Assembly (NCBI RefSeq): GCF_000372725.1
Contig: NW_005202428.1
Location: 2,766,670-2,830,669, forward strand
Direction: 5' to 3'
From: Emiliania huxleyi CCMP1516
Taxonomy: Eukaryota
DNA: 64,000 bases
Numbering within the stretch: position 1 is the first letter of the stretch; each line of letters opens with the position of its first letter. Positions 44,986 to 56,366 of this stretch are shown here, in pieces. The notes under the pieces are model-generated. The model was not told the DNA's origin. It did no database searches and saw only the letters and a list, made by a program, of their open reading frames with translations. The position numbers and the translations under genes were made by a program.

Positions 44986-45929
44986 ACTCACACTCACACT
45001 CACCCTCACCCTCGGCCTGCCCACTCGGCTCGGGGCTCGTCACTCACGAGTCCCCTCCTCCTCCCTCGAGGTGCTCGACCTGAGCGGTGGGGAGACGCCG
45101 TTCTCGCACCTCCTCCCCCCCGGGCCGCCCGCTTCGCCGCCCGTCCGCCTCCCGGCGCTCCGTCTGCTGCTGCTCGCTGATTGTCGCCTCACCGACGCCG
45201 ACGCCCGCCCGATCAGCCACCTCTGCCCTCGCCTCGAGGCCCTCGACCTGAGCGGCAACCCGCTCCTCTCCGACGCCGCCGTGCTGCCTCTCGCCGCCCT
45301 TCGCCGCACGCTCCGTTCGCTCGCCCTCAAGCGGCTGCCCCTCGTCACGGCGCACGCCCTCGCCGCGCTGCGCGCCCTGCCGCTGCAGACGCTCGACCTG
45401 CGCGGCTCTAGCGTGCCGCCCGACGAGGCGGAGGCGTCTCTCGGCATCGCCCGGCGCGCGGCCGAGTGCGGGCGGCGTGTCCGCGACACGTCCCGCGACA
45501 CGTCCGCGACTCGTCCGCAGGCGCGCGGCCGAGCGGGCCCGGCGCGCCGCGGCGGCGACGGCACGTTTGCGCGCCGTGCAGACCGAGGCCGAGCGGAGCG
45601 CGAGGGCGGCACACCGCGCACGCGGCAAGGTCCGCTACTCGGTCGAGGCGCTGCTCGCGTTGCGCCAGTCGCCGCTCGCGCGTGCGCCGGGCAGGCCGAC
45701 GGCCAGCGTCGTCGACGGCGGCGGCGGCGGCGGGGCGGCGGCGGCGCTGCTGCTACGCAGGGCTCCCTTTGGCAGCGCGGCGTGCGGCGCTCCCTGGGAG
45801 GATCGCGCCGAGGTGCTCTGGGAGCAGGGGACGGGAGGCTGGGAGGAGCCCGAGCGAGGAGGCGCACTTGAGGAGGGCTTGGCGGGCGCCAATGGCGGCG
45901 GAGAGGAGCGTGAGGAAAGCGATTGTTGA
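43483..45929 (+). CDS. Leucine-rich repeat protein with C-terminal YxxxxLL motif; multi-exon
   Basis: Many LxxLDLxG repeats (LSSLDLPG, LTALDLGGN, LEALDLSGNP); the last exon joins in frame via intron 45454-45520. Confidence 0.8.
44818..45010. repeat. Intronic (CTCACA)n/(CTCACC)n microsatellite
   Basis: Visible hexamer tandem repeats. Confidence 0.95.
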
Positions 45930-46404
45930 GACGCGCCGTGGGCCGTGCGCACGTGTGTACTGGGAGAGACTAGGCGGTAGTAGACAGAGGTTTGTCTGTG
46001 ATGTGTGAACGATTCACACGGCGTTGTCGCGTCGAGCGGGAGCGAGCGCGCGCCCGGCGGCCCACTCTTTATATTTAAGAGCAGCAACACGCCGCGCGGG
46101 TGGTGTGGTCTCGCGCTGCGTCTGGAGACTGGAGCGTGGAGCTGGAGCCTGGAGGTCTCCCCTGGTCTGACTCTCTGGTCGGGTGTGGTGCTGGTGCGTG
46201 GTGGAGCTGTGCCCCCGTTGTGCATCTCGGTCATGATCTCGGTATCGCGGGTCTTGCGTGGTTTTACTCGCTGGCGGCCACGCCAGGGGGCCGCATCGTT
46301 CTGAAGATGTTTTATACACCCACATATACGAAACCGAAAAACACGAATCTCCAAAACGAAAAGGGATATGAAATCCCTTATGGATCTCAATGATTGGCGG
46401 AATA

Positions 46405-47580
46405 TACTTGAGCATTTGAGCACTGGATAGGGTCGATTCCGCATGGTACGGGACCCCTCGATCGTCTCGCCCTCCCTCTCTGGCGTGTTCATTGGGGGGG
46501 GTCATAGCAAACACGGTGCAGGATCGAGGTGCACGCTGCAGAGAAGCAGTGTCGTCCCCCCTCTCCCCGACGGCGATGGCGGTGTGACCGATCGAGCTAC
46601 AAGGGGAGCTCGTTCAGCATGATCAGGGTGGGTCGAGCAGTTCCTCACTTCCTCAATGGGTGAGCTTCAGACCTCAAGGCCCTATGACCCATCACCTACG
46701 ACCGTCGTGGAGTCGAACCACCAATCGGGATGGAAGCTTCCTGCTTCCATCTGGTTAATTGTCAAAATTCCTGTTGTGCAAGAGGGGAGGGGGCTCTGAC
46801 GGAGTGTGTGGCGGGAGAGAGGGCAGGGAGTGGGCGCGGGGGAGGAGGGGGGGGGGGGGGGGCTCAGCCGTGCAAAAAGCATCAATTACTAAACCTGTGT
46901 CGGTGAGAGAGAGTTCTTTTGTTGAATACTAATAGTAATGAAGAAATATTGCTCGGCCGTTCATGAAGTCCGTCTCGATCTGGAGGAGACGGGTCAACCC
47001 CGTGAGGACCAGATCAGGCTCACATTGTCGTAGCCGGAGGGGATGTTGACCTTTAGCTCTCGGGGCCACCCTTCCGCTTTGGTTTTTTCCCCACAGACCA
47101 CTCGGGCAGCTTTTACCAAATGCCAAAGTTGCACTTTACCACTCGGGCAACTTCGATTGTATTTTACCACTCCGGCAAACTAACTCGATGAAACGGCGGA
47201 CGGAAAACGCGTTCGCGGCCGCTCGCCGGAGAGCTATGCATGAAGCGGCCGGCGCGCCGCCGCAGCTCACCGATGAAGCTTGCGCCGCGGCTCAAACCAC
47301 AGGCGCAGCAGCATTGCGACGCATTCTCCAAGCACGGTCTCTGGCGCTGCAGCTGCACAGAGAGCGAGCAATAGTCGACAAAAACACTGATCTGTGTGCA
47401 GCAGATCTCCATGTCGGTCGCGCCCAGCGAAAGGACAACCGCGGGCCTCGGATGCTCGCCCGGATGCGGACCCGCCGTGCGAGTTGCAGACCCGGAGGTG
47501 GCCGACCCAGCTCACCCCCAGAGAGGCCATGCCCAGGGTCAGGCATAAAAAGGGGGGTGTTTCCGTCCGTCTCCACACTC
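46405..47580 (-). mobile_element. Long family B element
   Basis: Blocks align in reverse with 53100-53438 and 58335-59277; ends in the AGTGCTCA repeat. Confidence 0.75.
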
Positions 47581-48298
47581 CTCGCTCCTCCGCGGAATAT
47601 AGTATATACTGTTATGTGTTAATGCCCGGGAACAGGTTTGTTTCAAGGGACTTTCCAGGGTTTTGGAAGTAAAGATATATTACCTTTTTTTCGTACACCC
47701 ACGTGCGCAAGCCGCAAATATCTACCTATTTGCATGTGCATGTGCATGCACATGTGCATGTGCATGTGCATGCAACATGCATCCACACCCTAGGCCCACC
47801 CATCCCGACTTCGCCCCTCTCGCACGCCTCTGGCGTTGCGAGTGCACAGAGAGCGAGCAATAGTCGACAAAAGCACTGATCTGTGGGCAGCGGATCTCCA
47901 TGGCGGTCGCGCCCAGCGAAAGGACAACCGCGGTGCACGCGGGCCTCGGATGCTCGCCCGGATGCGGACCCGCCGTGCGAGTTGCAGACCCGGAGGTGGC
48001 CGACCCAGCTCACCCCCAGAGAGACCATGCCCAGGGTCAGGCATAAAAAGGGGGGTGGTGTTTCCGTCCGTCCACACTGAGACACTCCTCCGCGGAATAT
48101 ACTGTTATGTGTTAATGCCCGGGAACAGGTTTGTTTCAAGGGACTTTAGGGTTGTGGAAGTAAAGATATATTACCTTTTTTTCGTACACGCACGTGCGCA
48201 AGCCGCAAATATCTACCTATATGTGCATGTGTGCGCGCTGTGACATGCATCCACACCCTAGGCCCACCCATCCCGACTTCGCCCCTCTCGCACGCCTC
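47355..48298. repeat. Tandem duplication with ~480-bp unit
   Basis: gcacagagagcgagcaatagtcgacaaaa ... cccctctcgcacgcctc occurs at ~47355-47830 and ~47843-48298. Confidence 0.9.
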
Positions 48299-48425
48299 CA
48301 CACGCGAACCACCCGACCCTCCCTGCGCGCAACACACCCGCCCACGACGCGGCGTGTGAGACGGGAGAGGAGGTGTGTGTGTGTGGGGGGGGGGGTATCC
48401 GCCCTGGCCGCCCGGTCCGGCCGCC

Positions 48426-49103
48426 TCATTTGAAGTTTGGGCCCTGCCCGAGAGCGAGCCGCAGGGCGGAGTGCTTGACAAAGGCTTCGCGCAGTTCGTG
48501 CCGCTCGACGGCGCCATCGCCGTTGGCGTCGAGGAGGCGGAAGATGGCGGAGATGGCCTTGAAGGAGTAGTCCGTCTCCCTCTTCAGGTGCTCGCGCAGC
48601 TCCTCCTTTGAGATGCTCCCGCCTCCGTCCGCATCGACGGCAGCAAAGAGGGCGTCAGCGTCGGAGTTGATCTCGTCCACGAACTTGGCATTAAACGCAC
48701 CGAGCCCCGGCGCCTCGCGAAGCGGTGCGAATTTCGCGAACCCCTCCCGCAGCTCCTCCTTTGAGAGCTCGCCGTCCGCGTCCGAGTCGAGCTTGGCGAA
48801 GATGACCTCGACCGCCGCCTCGTTGTAGCCAGCCTTGAGGAGGTGCTCAGTCATCTCCGCACGCGACACGCTGCCGTCTCCGTTTTTGTCAATCACCGCA
48901 AAGACAGCGTCAGCGCCGGACTCCACCTCGGTCCGCATCACGCCCTTGTCCTCGACGCTCATGACGGGAGCGCCGATGGTCCGGGCGAGCCGCGAAATCG
49001 GGATCTGGGCGGGGATCGATGGCGAGCAAAGCGTCGCGCTTCTCGCGGCAACGGAGGGGCCCGGCCCCGCAAACGAGTAGAGCGACGGGAGGAGCGCCAG
49101 CAT
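48426..49103 (-). CDS. Four-EF-hand calcium-binding protein with signal plus plastid-transit-like presequence
   Basis: EF loops DKNGDGSVSRAE, DSDADGELSKEE, DADGGGSISKEE, DANGDGAVERHE; N-terminus MLALLPSLYSF...APVM. Confidence 0.88.
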   Translation of the reverse strand: MLALLPSLYSFAGPGPSVAARSATLCSPSIPAQIPISRLARTIGAPVMSVEDKGVMRTEVESGADAVFAVIDKNGDGSVSRAEMTEHLLKAGYNEAAVEVIFAKLDSDADGELSKEELREGFAKFAPLREAPGLGAFNAKFVDEINSDADALFAAVDADGGGSISKEELREHLKRETDYSFKAISAIFRLLDANGDGAVERHELREAFVKHSALRLALGQGPNFK

Positions 49104-49239
49104 TCTACTCGGCGATGAATGTGACGGTGGAAGTGTGACGGTGGAGATGCCAGGGTTGTTTACGCGAACCTGCTTGACCAACAAAAAATCGCAACGCGCA
49201 TATCAAGCCAGACTTCGGCGGCGTCCTATACGAGAGAGG

Positions 49240-49420
49240 AATCCCTGGGACCCTGTCGTGTGGGTGAACCCTGCCCAGCCCCCCTCCGTGTCGCGATGCG
49301 CTCCCCGCTCCCGTTCCCCTGTGTCCCTGATCGTCCTTCCAAGATCCTGCTCGTGCAGGTGGGGACCCTGTCCCTCTCCCACCCCTCGTTTGGCGTGCCC
49401 GTTTTATTTATTTATTTATT
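49240..49420 (+). mobile_element. Family D retroelement 3' end with (TTTA)n tail
   Basis: Matches 13723-13841 and rc of 10465-10545. Confidence 0.75.
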
Positions 49421-49431
49421 CGGCGGCGTGC

Positions 49432-52291
49432 TCGATCGATTCATTGAATACAGCAGGGAGGTAAACGGGGTGTGCACAAGCGCACCCAACATGACAGAAC
49501 ACACGTTCGAAGAGGGGCGAAACAGGACGGACATCCGAGTGGAGGGGAAGGCCAGGACGCTCTACCTCGGAGGGAAGAAACCGGCGCAAGACAGCGGCAC
49601 GCACCTGGGGTCGAGGGAGGACGGGGACAATCGAGTGATAAAGCTGGAGGGGACCCCGGGCCTCGATACCAACGCGACATGGGAGGAGGAGATACCCGAG
49701 CAAAATAAGATCACGAAGGACGCGGTGAGAAAGATGATGGAGAGACAGGAGAGGGAGCGACAGGAGGGGAGCCTCGGGGCGGATGAGACGTTGTTCCCAG
49801 AGGGGGCGCCCCAGAGACACATAAACTGGAAGAAAGAAGACTACGAGCTGTTCGTGGGGCACGGACACGGGGCGAGCGCGATCAGAGTAGGGGAGCTACA
49901 GGAGGACCCCCTAACGCGCTTCTTGCTCCGATACGACGAATTTGAGACGGGGGGAGAGCTGACGGACGGCAACGGGAAGCGAATTAAGATAGGAAAAGAC
50001 AGCGAGCCGCTGCGGTCGGGGAAGGGACGAGCCCTGAACGTGAAAGTAGCGCAGACATGCCTCGCGCTGCACGTCTCACACCAGTTCACACACTTTGCGG
50101 CGACGGACGGAGGAAAGGACCATGAAGACAAAAGGGCGGAGGATGGAAAGTACGTGCCGAACCCTAGGGTGGCGTACGGCGTGTTCGAAGGACCGACACG
50201 ATTCGGAAAGAGCGTCCCGGGAGACGCACAGGTAAAGGATCCCAACGGAATCGGACCCTGTGAAGAAGGGGAGATACGGATAGCGTTTGGGGCGGGAATG
50301 TGGGGAGGAAAGCTGCCGAACATGTGGGAGCCGATAGACGCGGAGATGTACGCGATACTCGCATACTTACGCAAAATGGCGAGCGCGAGCGATGCGCAAT
50401 CGCGGCGGTGCCTAGTGCTATGCGACTGCAAACCCGCGCTGCAGCAGATTGAGAATGCGCACCGCAAAGGGATGCCAGAAGGCCTGAGGGACTGGGAGAG
50501 AGGCGGACTGCTGGAGGCGATCGCTTACTATAGATCGAAGCTAGAGGCGGTGGTCTTCATGTGGGTGCCAGCACACGTGGGAATAGCCCCTGCAACGCAT
50601 ACGCCGACGCGGTGGCGACAGCACACCTCGGGGATAACGACACGGAGGACGCCTCGAAAGTGGTGCGGGACGCGGTGCGGACGCGGCCATGCATGTACAC
50701 GGTGCGAAGGGAGACGGCAGAGAACGCAGAGAAGAGGGAGATAGTGGACCGACGGACGTACGGACACATGTGTAAGAGCGCGCACGAGTGGGTGTGCGAG
50801 CAATATCGAAAGACAGTGAGGCCGGGGTCGCACACGGCAGGGGTGGCGGGACGGTTGTGGAGCGAAGTAGCAGTAGCCAGCCTCAAGCATCGATGGGATA
50901 ATAAGATGAGATTACCAGACGAGAACGGGGGGAAGGACAGGCGGGCGACATTTGACGACGTCGGGGATCACAATGTGACGACCAAAACGATCTTGGGGGC
51001 CAGGGTGAGACAACAGGTCGGGGTGCCACATGGGGCACACCACAGGCGTATTCTAGAGGGGGAAAAGAAACGGGGAATGAGGGGCCCCGCCACGAGAAGC
51101 GCGTTCTGGGGATGCAGAGCGTGCAAAGCGGCTAGGGATGAGGCCACAAAAGAGGCGCGCGAGGCAAGGAGGAGACGCGGGGAACTGAAAGACTGGGACG
51201 ACTGGAAACAAGAAGACAGTGAGCCACCACAGGCGTCGTTGGCGCACATACTGAGCGGCAGCTGCGCTGGAAATAAGGAAGAGGCGCGTAACTTCATGCG
51301 GAAGCTCGACAAACACACAGCGAGGGCGACAGCAAGAGTTGAACGGGAGGCGCCGGACTCAAAAGACACCGCCACATTCCTGAGACGAGCGAGGGCAGTC
51401 TCCTTAAAGGCGAAAGGGTCTAGATTTGGGGCGCTCGCCGAAGAAGAGTACGACAAAATAGCGCCCGTGATTGCCTGCACGCTACCCGCACTCACGGACT
51501 CCATACCCGAAAGAAAGAGAAGGGAGCTCGCGGGAGAGGTGACGAGTGAACTACAGGTGGTGGGGAAGGCAGCCTCGATTGCCATACAGACATGGGTGCG
51601 GAACAACGACAAGACCAAGGCACGGGCAGAGGAACGAGAGAAGAATATAGGGTGGATAAAGCGCCTGTTCACGGCATGGAGGGTGAGCCACGCCGAACGT
51701 ACCGAACGTAGAGCCGAGCGGAAGGCAGCGGGGGAAGACGACTCCGAGGAGGACGAACCAGTGGAAATTCAGTTGTCAGATGTCACGATGCATCCGAAGG
51801 GGACCCCAGCGCCGGCATCATCCGTAGAGGCACGAGTGTTCGAAGAGAGAGTGGACCTGAGCAACGACATGACTTGGAGGCAAATGCTCGGAGTGGGAGT
51901 CAGAAATGTGGTCCTTGCGCGAGGGGAGCTCGATACACTCGAGGGGCCAGGATACGCCGCGAGGAGGACGGAGTTGCGCCGAAAGGCGAAAGAAGCCGCG
52001 AGAACAAGGGACCGGCAGGCGGCGGCGTCGCAGGACGAGACAGAAGAGAACGACGCGACAGAGGAGGAAATGACAAGGGAGAGAACGACGAGAGTGGGAC
52101 GACCGCGAGGTGGCATGAAGGCTGCAGCGAGAAGCGGCGAGAGACTGCGAAGAGAGATAGGAAGAGGCAGACTCCCTAGGGTGGGCGACGGCTAGCGCAT
52201 CACACACCTCTCCTTAAAATCCCTGTGTGGTGGCGGCGTGCCGTCCTCCCATCCCTCCCTTGGGTTGTCTGTTTTCTTTCTTTCTTTTTTT
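49432..52291 (+). mobile_element. 5'-truncated non-LTR retrotransposon: RNase H plus CCHC-like finger, (TTTC)n tail, frameshift near 50590
   Basis: RNase H residues ATDGG, AEMYAI, CDCK, WVPAHVG..(C)NAYAD; CRAC...HILSGSC; purine-rich coding strand; TSD TTCGGCGGCGTGC at 49419-49431 and 52290-52302; no RT in the window. Confidence 0.88.
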
Positions 52292-52815
52292 CGGCGGCGT
52301 GCCGTCCTCCCATCCCTCCCTTGGGTTAGCTGTTTTCTTTCTTTCTTTCTTAGGCTCAGAAATGTGGTCCTTGCGCGAGGAGAGCTCGATAAACTCGAGG
52401 CACGAGGGGCCAAAATATGCCGAGAGGAGGGCGGAGTTACGCAGAGAGGCGAGAGAAGCAGCGAGAGCAAGGGATCGGCAGACGGCAGCGGCGTCTCAGA
52501 ACGACAACAAAAGTTGTTTGGTATTGCTAAAAATCTCTCTCTCAGAACGAGGCCGAGGAGAGCGATGAGTCGCAGAGGATGAGGAACAGCAGGAGAGAGA
52601 ACGAGGACGAGAGTGGGAAGAACGAGAGGTGGCATGAAGGTCGCTGCGAGAATTGGCGAGAAACTGCGAACAGAGATAGGAAGAGGTAGACGCCCGAGGG
52701 TGGGCGAAGGCTAGCACCGCACTCTCTCCTTAAAATCCCTGTGAGCTGTGTGGTGGCGGCGTGCCGTCCTCCCATCCCTCCCTTGGCTTGTCTGTTTTCT
52801 TTCTTTCTTTCTTTC
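52292..52815 (+). mobile_element. Two further 3' fragments of the same non-LTR family, stacked head-to-tail
   Basis: 52292-52350 and 52352-52815 each end in (TTTC)n and repeat sequence from 51900-52285. Confidence 0.85.
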
Positions 52816-53099
52816 GGCTTTGAAAACCTTCTTGACCCTCTAAGCAAGCCGCGTCTGTTCCTCCTTCTCGCCCTATGATCATAGACCGCGCAGAGCCTAC
52901 CCACATAGACCTTCCACTCCCCTCACAAGCGCGACGAACGAACGAGCCACCGACGGATAGACAGGCGAGCTGCTTCGCGTTTGGCAACATGGCCTAGAAC
53001 ATGGCAAGCCCCTGAAGCCCGGCGACGCCTGCCCCTTCGCTTTACCGCCCCCCGCCCCTGCGCCCCCCGCTTAAATTGTGCACAATTCAGGACGATGAG

Positions 53100-53438
53100 T
53101 TTGCCATCCCGGAGTGGTTCGACTCCACACAAACCCGAGACGGTGACGGGTACTGTCTCGGCGGTCTCAGGCCCAGTGAGGTAGTGCGCCAGACCTTCCC
53201 GGATCCTGCTGAACAAGTTCCTCTTGTAGCTCGATCGATCACACCGCCATCACCGCCGACGTCTCACAGTGAGATGATGGAGAGGGGGGACGACACTGCT
53301 CCAGCAGCGTGCACCTCGATCCTGTACCGTGTTTGTTATGACCCCCCCCCAATGAACACACCAGTGAGGGAGGGCGAGACGATCGAGGGGTCCCGTACAA
53401 TGCGGAATCGACCCTATCCAGTGCTCAAGTGCTCAAGT
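53100..53438 (+). mobile_element. Family B element, truncated
   Basis: Aligns with rc of 46405-46735; ends ccagtgctcaagtgctcaagtg. Confidence 0.85.
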
Positions 53439-53946
53439 GTGCACACACCGATTGCACCACCGACAATCCTTACACCGTGGATGATTGGCCGCAATATCAA
53501 GTGCGCCGGCTTCAAGCAAGGCATCCCGCTCATACGTGAGTCGACTCGGTGGCAGACGGACGGCTTCTGCGCTGCGAGTTGCGCGGAGGCAGGGAAGGTG
53601 TTCAAAAATTGCTGTTGATGCCATTCGGCCGCCGCTGCTGCTGCTGCCGGTTATGCCTGCCTGCCTGCCTGCCTGCCTGCCTCATGCATGTGGTTTCGAC
53701 GTGACTACGTACGTGTCTGTCTCTTAGTGTTGTTTGTTTTGTTTGTCTCTGGTCGCGTGGTTTGTTGGGTGTGTTGTTATCAGATCAAGAAGTGCTTTTC
53801 CGTGGTTTTTGTCGCCTGGCTGGCGTTTCGATTCCGTCTGTTTTCTAGGTTTGCGCTCTTTCTTTTTCTGCTTCCGCGGGCAAAAAACTCTTTTTCGTTC
53901 ACGCCAGGGCGGCCGCCTGTTCTGTCCAAGCCCTGCCGACGTCAGA

Positions 53947-54197
53947 ATGGGGCTCGAGCTCGAGATATCATCGCGGGGCATCGATGTGGAAAACGTTTCG
54001 CCTCGTGCCATCCTCAAGCTCATGATCTTTTCGGGGCAGTGTGGCGTCGCCATTGGCTTTTGCGGTGGCGTTCGCACCGCAGCGTACTGGTTCAACGTCC
54101 CGGAGTCCGAGAGCAGAAGCGCAGTCAGACTTTCCACTTACGTGGCCGGTGGCGCGGCAGCAGTCTCTCTTTTCTCGCTGCTGTGGTCGCGCTGGTG
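53947..54197 (+). CDS. Possible small membrane protein
   Basis: 83-aa ORF with two hydrophobic stretches after an AT-rich promoter-like patch; no family recognised. Confidence 0.25.
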
Positions 54198-55334
54198 AGC
54201 CGCGCCCACAATCTGGCCTTTGCGGCTGTGCGGCTTCGAGCTAACCGCCCTCCGCCACCGCCCCACCCCATTACCCGCGGCATGGGCAGCCGAGGCGTGG
54301 GCAGCCGAGGACCGCGACTTTGGGCTATCGAGCACGCACCATCAAGCTCGTTGCAGCCTGGCATCTGCTGCGCTCGTCGCGCGCACAGCATTGTCCTGGC
54401 GTGCCTATACACCGCGCCATCGTTTTGCTCCAGGCAGCACCTTGCAGTGAGAGAGCGGGGATGGTTTTGCGGGTCCGGTGGTGTTCGTCCCTGACATTCC
54501 ACTCGGCGGAGGGCTGCGGCGCGCAGGGAAAATATGGTTGAAGGAGAGTATCACGAACCATCACTTTCTGTGGGTAGTCCAATGGGTAGCAGGGCTTCTC
54601 GTCTCTCTGGTTGTGGTGTGGTAGCTGCTGCTGGTAGGACGGGGGAACGAGAGATGATAGTAGGGAGTAGAAGAAAGCAAAGAGGAGCCCTGCGCACGCA
54701 CGACTCCGCAGGCGATGCCCCTCCCGCCCGTGCTTGTGCAGCCCCGGGGCTGCACAGGTGCACAGCGCAGCACGAGCGCCTCGCCTCCACCTCCTGCTCC
54801 TCATAGAAAAACTGCGGCCGCCAGCGATCTCTGAGAGAGCGTCTCTCGCCCTGGCGGACGGGGAGAGGAACACAAAGGAACGTACGGTACGGACGTCCAT
54901 CCACTGGGATGAGAATACTGGAGAGATGAGGTCGAATTCAACAGGAGCGCCGCCTCAACACGGATGTACACGGCGGGTCTTGGCTCTATCGAGCCATGCT
55001 AGGTTGCTAGCTCCAGCCGCGCAGCCCAACCCGGCCGCCCGAGGGTGCTCCCGCAAGCAGAGAATAGACCATCCTGGGGGAAGCAACCGGGTGGTGAGCT
55101 GTGAGCTGTGTGAGGTCCGCCCGCGCGCTAATTCCAGCGGCTCGCCATACGAGGCGAGCTGACGCTGCGTCAGGGTGCGCAGCATGCTCTCTCGCTCTGT
55201 GCTGAGGCATGCTGGCTGGCGCCCAGTACAATGCCCTCAATACATTGCACTCCACGCCGTGCTGGCTGGTGCAGTACTATCAGTGCGCTGACTGGCGCGC
55301 GGTGTGCGTGTCGCCCTATCCGATTTGCGCACCC

Positions 55335-55382
55335 TAGGTAGGTAGGTAGGTAGGTAGGTAGGTAGGTAGGTAGGTAGGTAGG
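55335..55382. repeat. (TAGG)n microsatellite
   Basis: Direct reading. Confidence 0.95.
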
Positions 55383-55461
55383 GGCACCACCGCAGGGGCC
55401 GTCCATTTCCAGATTTCAGCATGCTGGCCGCCCAAGAAAAACAGTCAGCCTGTTTCCGGAA

Positions 55462-56321
55462 ATGTCGTCTTCACCTCGCCGCTTCGCGCTGGGTTTGCTG
55501 CTGGTGCTGCAGCCTGCGCCTTCCAGGACGCTTCGCGTCCACGGGCCTGTGTCTAGAGACCGCCTAGGCCAGCACTCGTACGCCCGCGCCACCTCGCCAA
55601 TTGCATCTGCTGACGAGCCATCCGGCGGCACCACTCTTGCGAGCCGTGCCGCGGGCGCGGCGAGCGCGGTGTACGCCTTTAGCCGTCCGCACACGGTTCG
55701 CGGGACGCTACTCGCCTGCGGCACTGGCGTCGGTCGCGCGCTGATCGAGTCGCCGGAGCGCCTCGCCCTGTTGCCTGCGCTGGTGCGCCGCCGCACACAC
55801 TGCCCACCGGCAGCCGCTATGTCTCACACAGCCACTGCCTTACCTCGCGGTGTTTGCAGCTTCCTCGTGCCATGCTGGGCGTTGTCGCGCTCGTCCTCGG
55901 AAACCTCTTTATCGTCGGCATCAACCAGGTTGCCTGCACCCGCCCTCACCCGCTCCTCGCTCCGAGGATGGCCTCGCCTTGCCCGCCAGTCCGCCCACCA
56001 CGCCGCCCGGGCCGCAGATCTACGATGTCGAGATCGACCAGGTGAACAAGCCGTTTCTGCCTATCGCCGCCGGTGCCATGTCGCCCGCGGCTGCGTGGGC
56101 GGTCGTGTGCGCCTCGCTCTGCGGCGGGATGGGTCTGGTCCGCAGCCTCTTCGGCGGGCTCATCTTTCAGCTCTACTCGTTCGGACTCGCCATCGGGGCC
56201 CTCTACTCGGTGAATCCCCCCCCACACACACACGCGTGCACCGTGGCCACCCGAGAGAGATCAAAGCAGCACCGCACACGCACTGCCACCCGACGCACAC
56301 GCACACACACACACACTCACT

Positions 56322-56366
<45 letters not shown>

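Noticed and set aside
49260..49431. N-terminus of the 494-aa ORF
   Set aside because: It reads through a different element's 3' UTR and tail; the LINE is 5'-truncated at ~49432.
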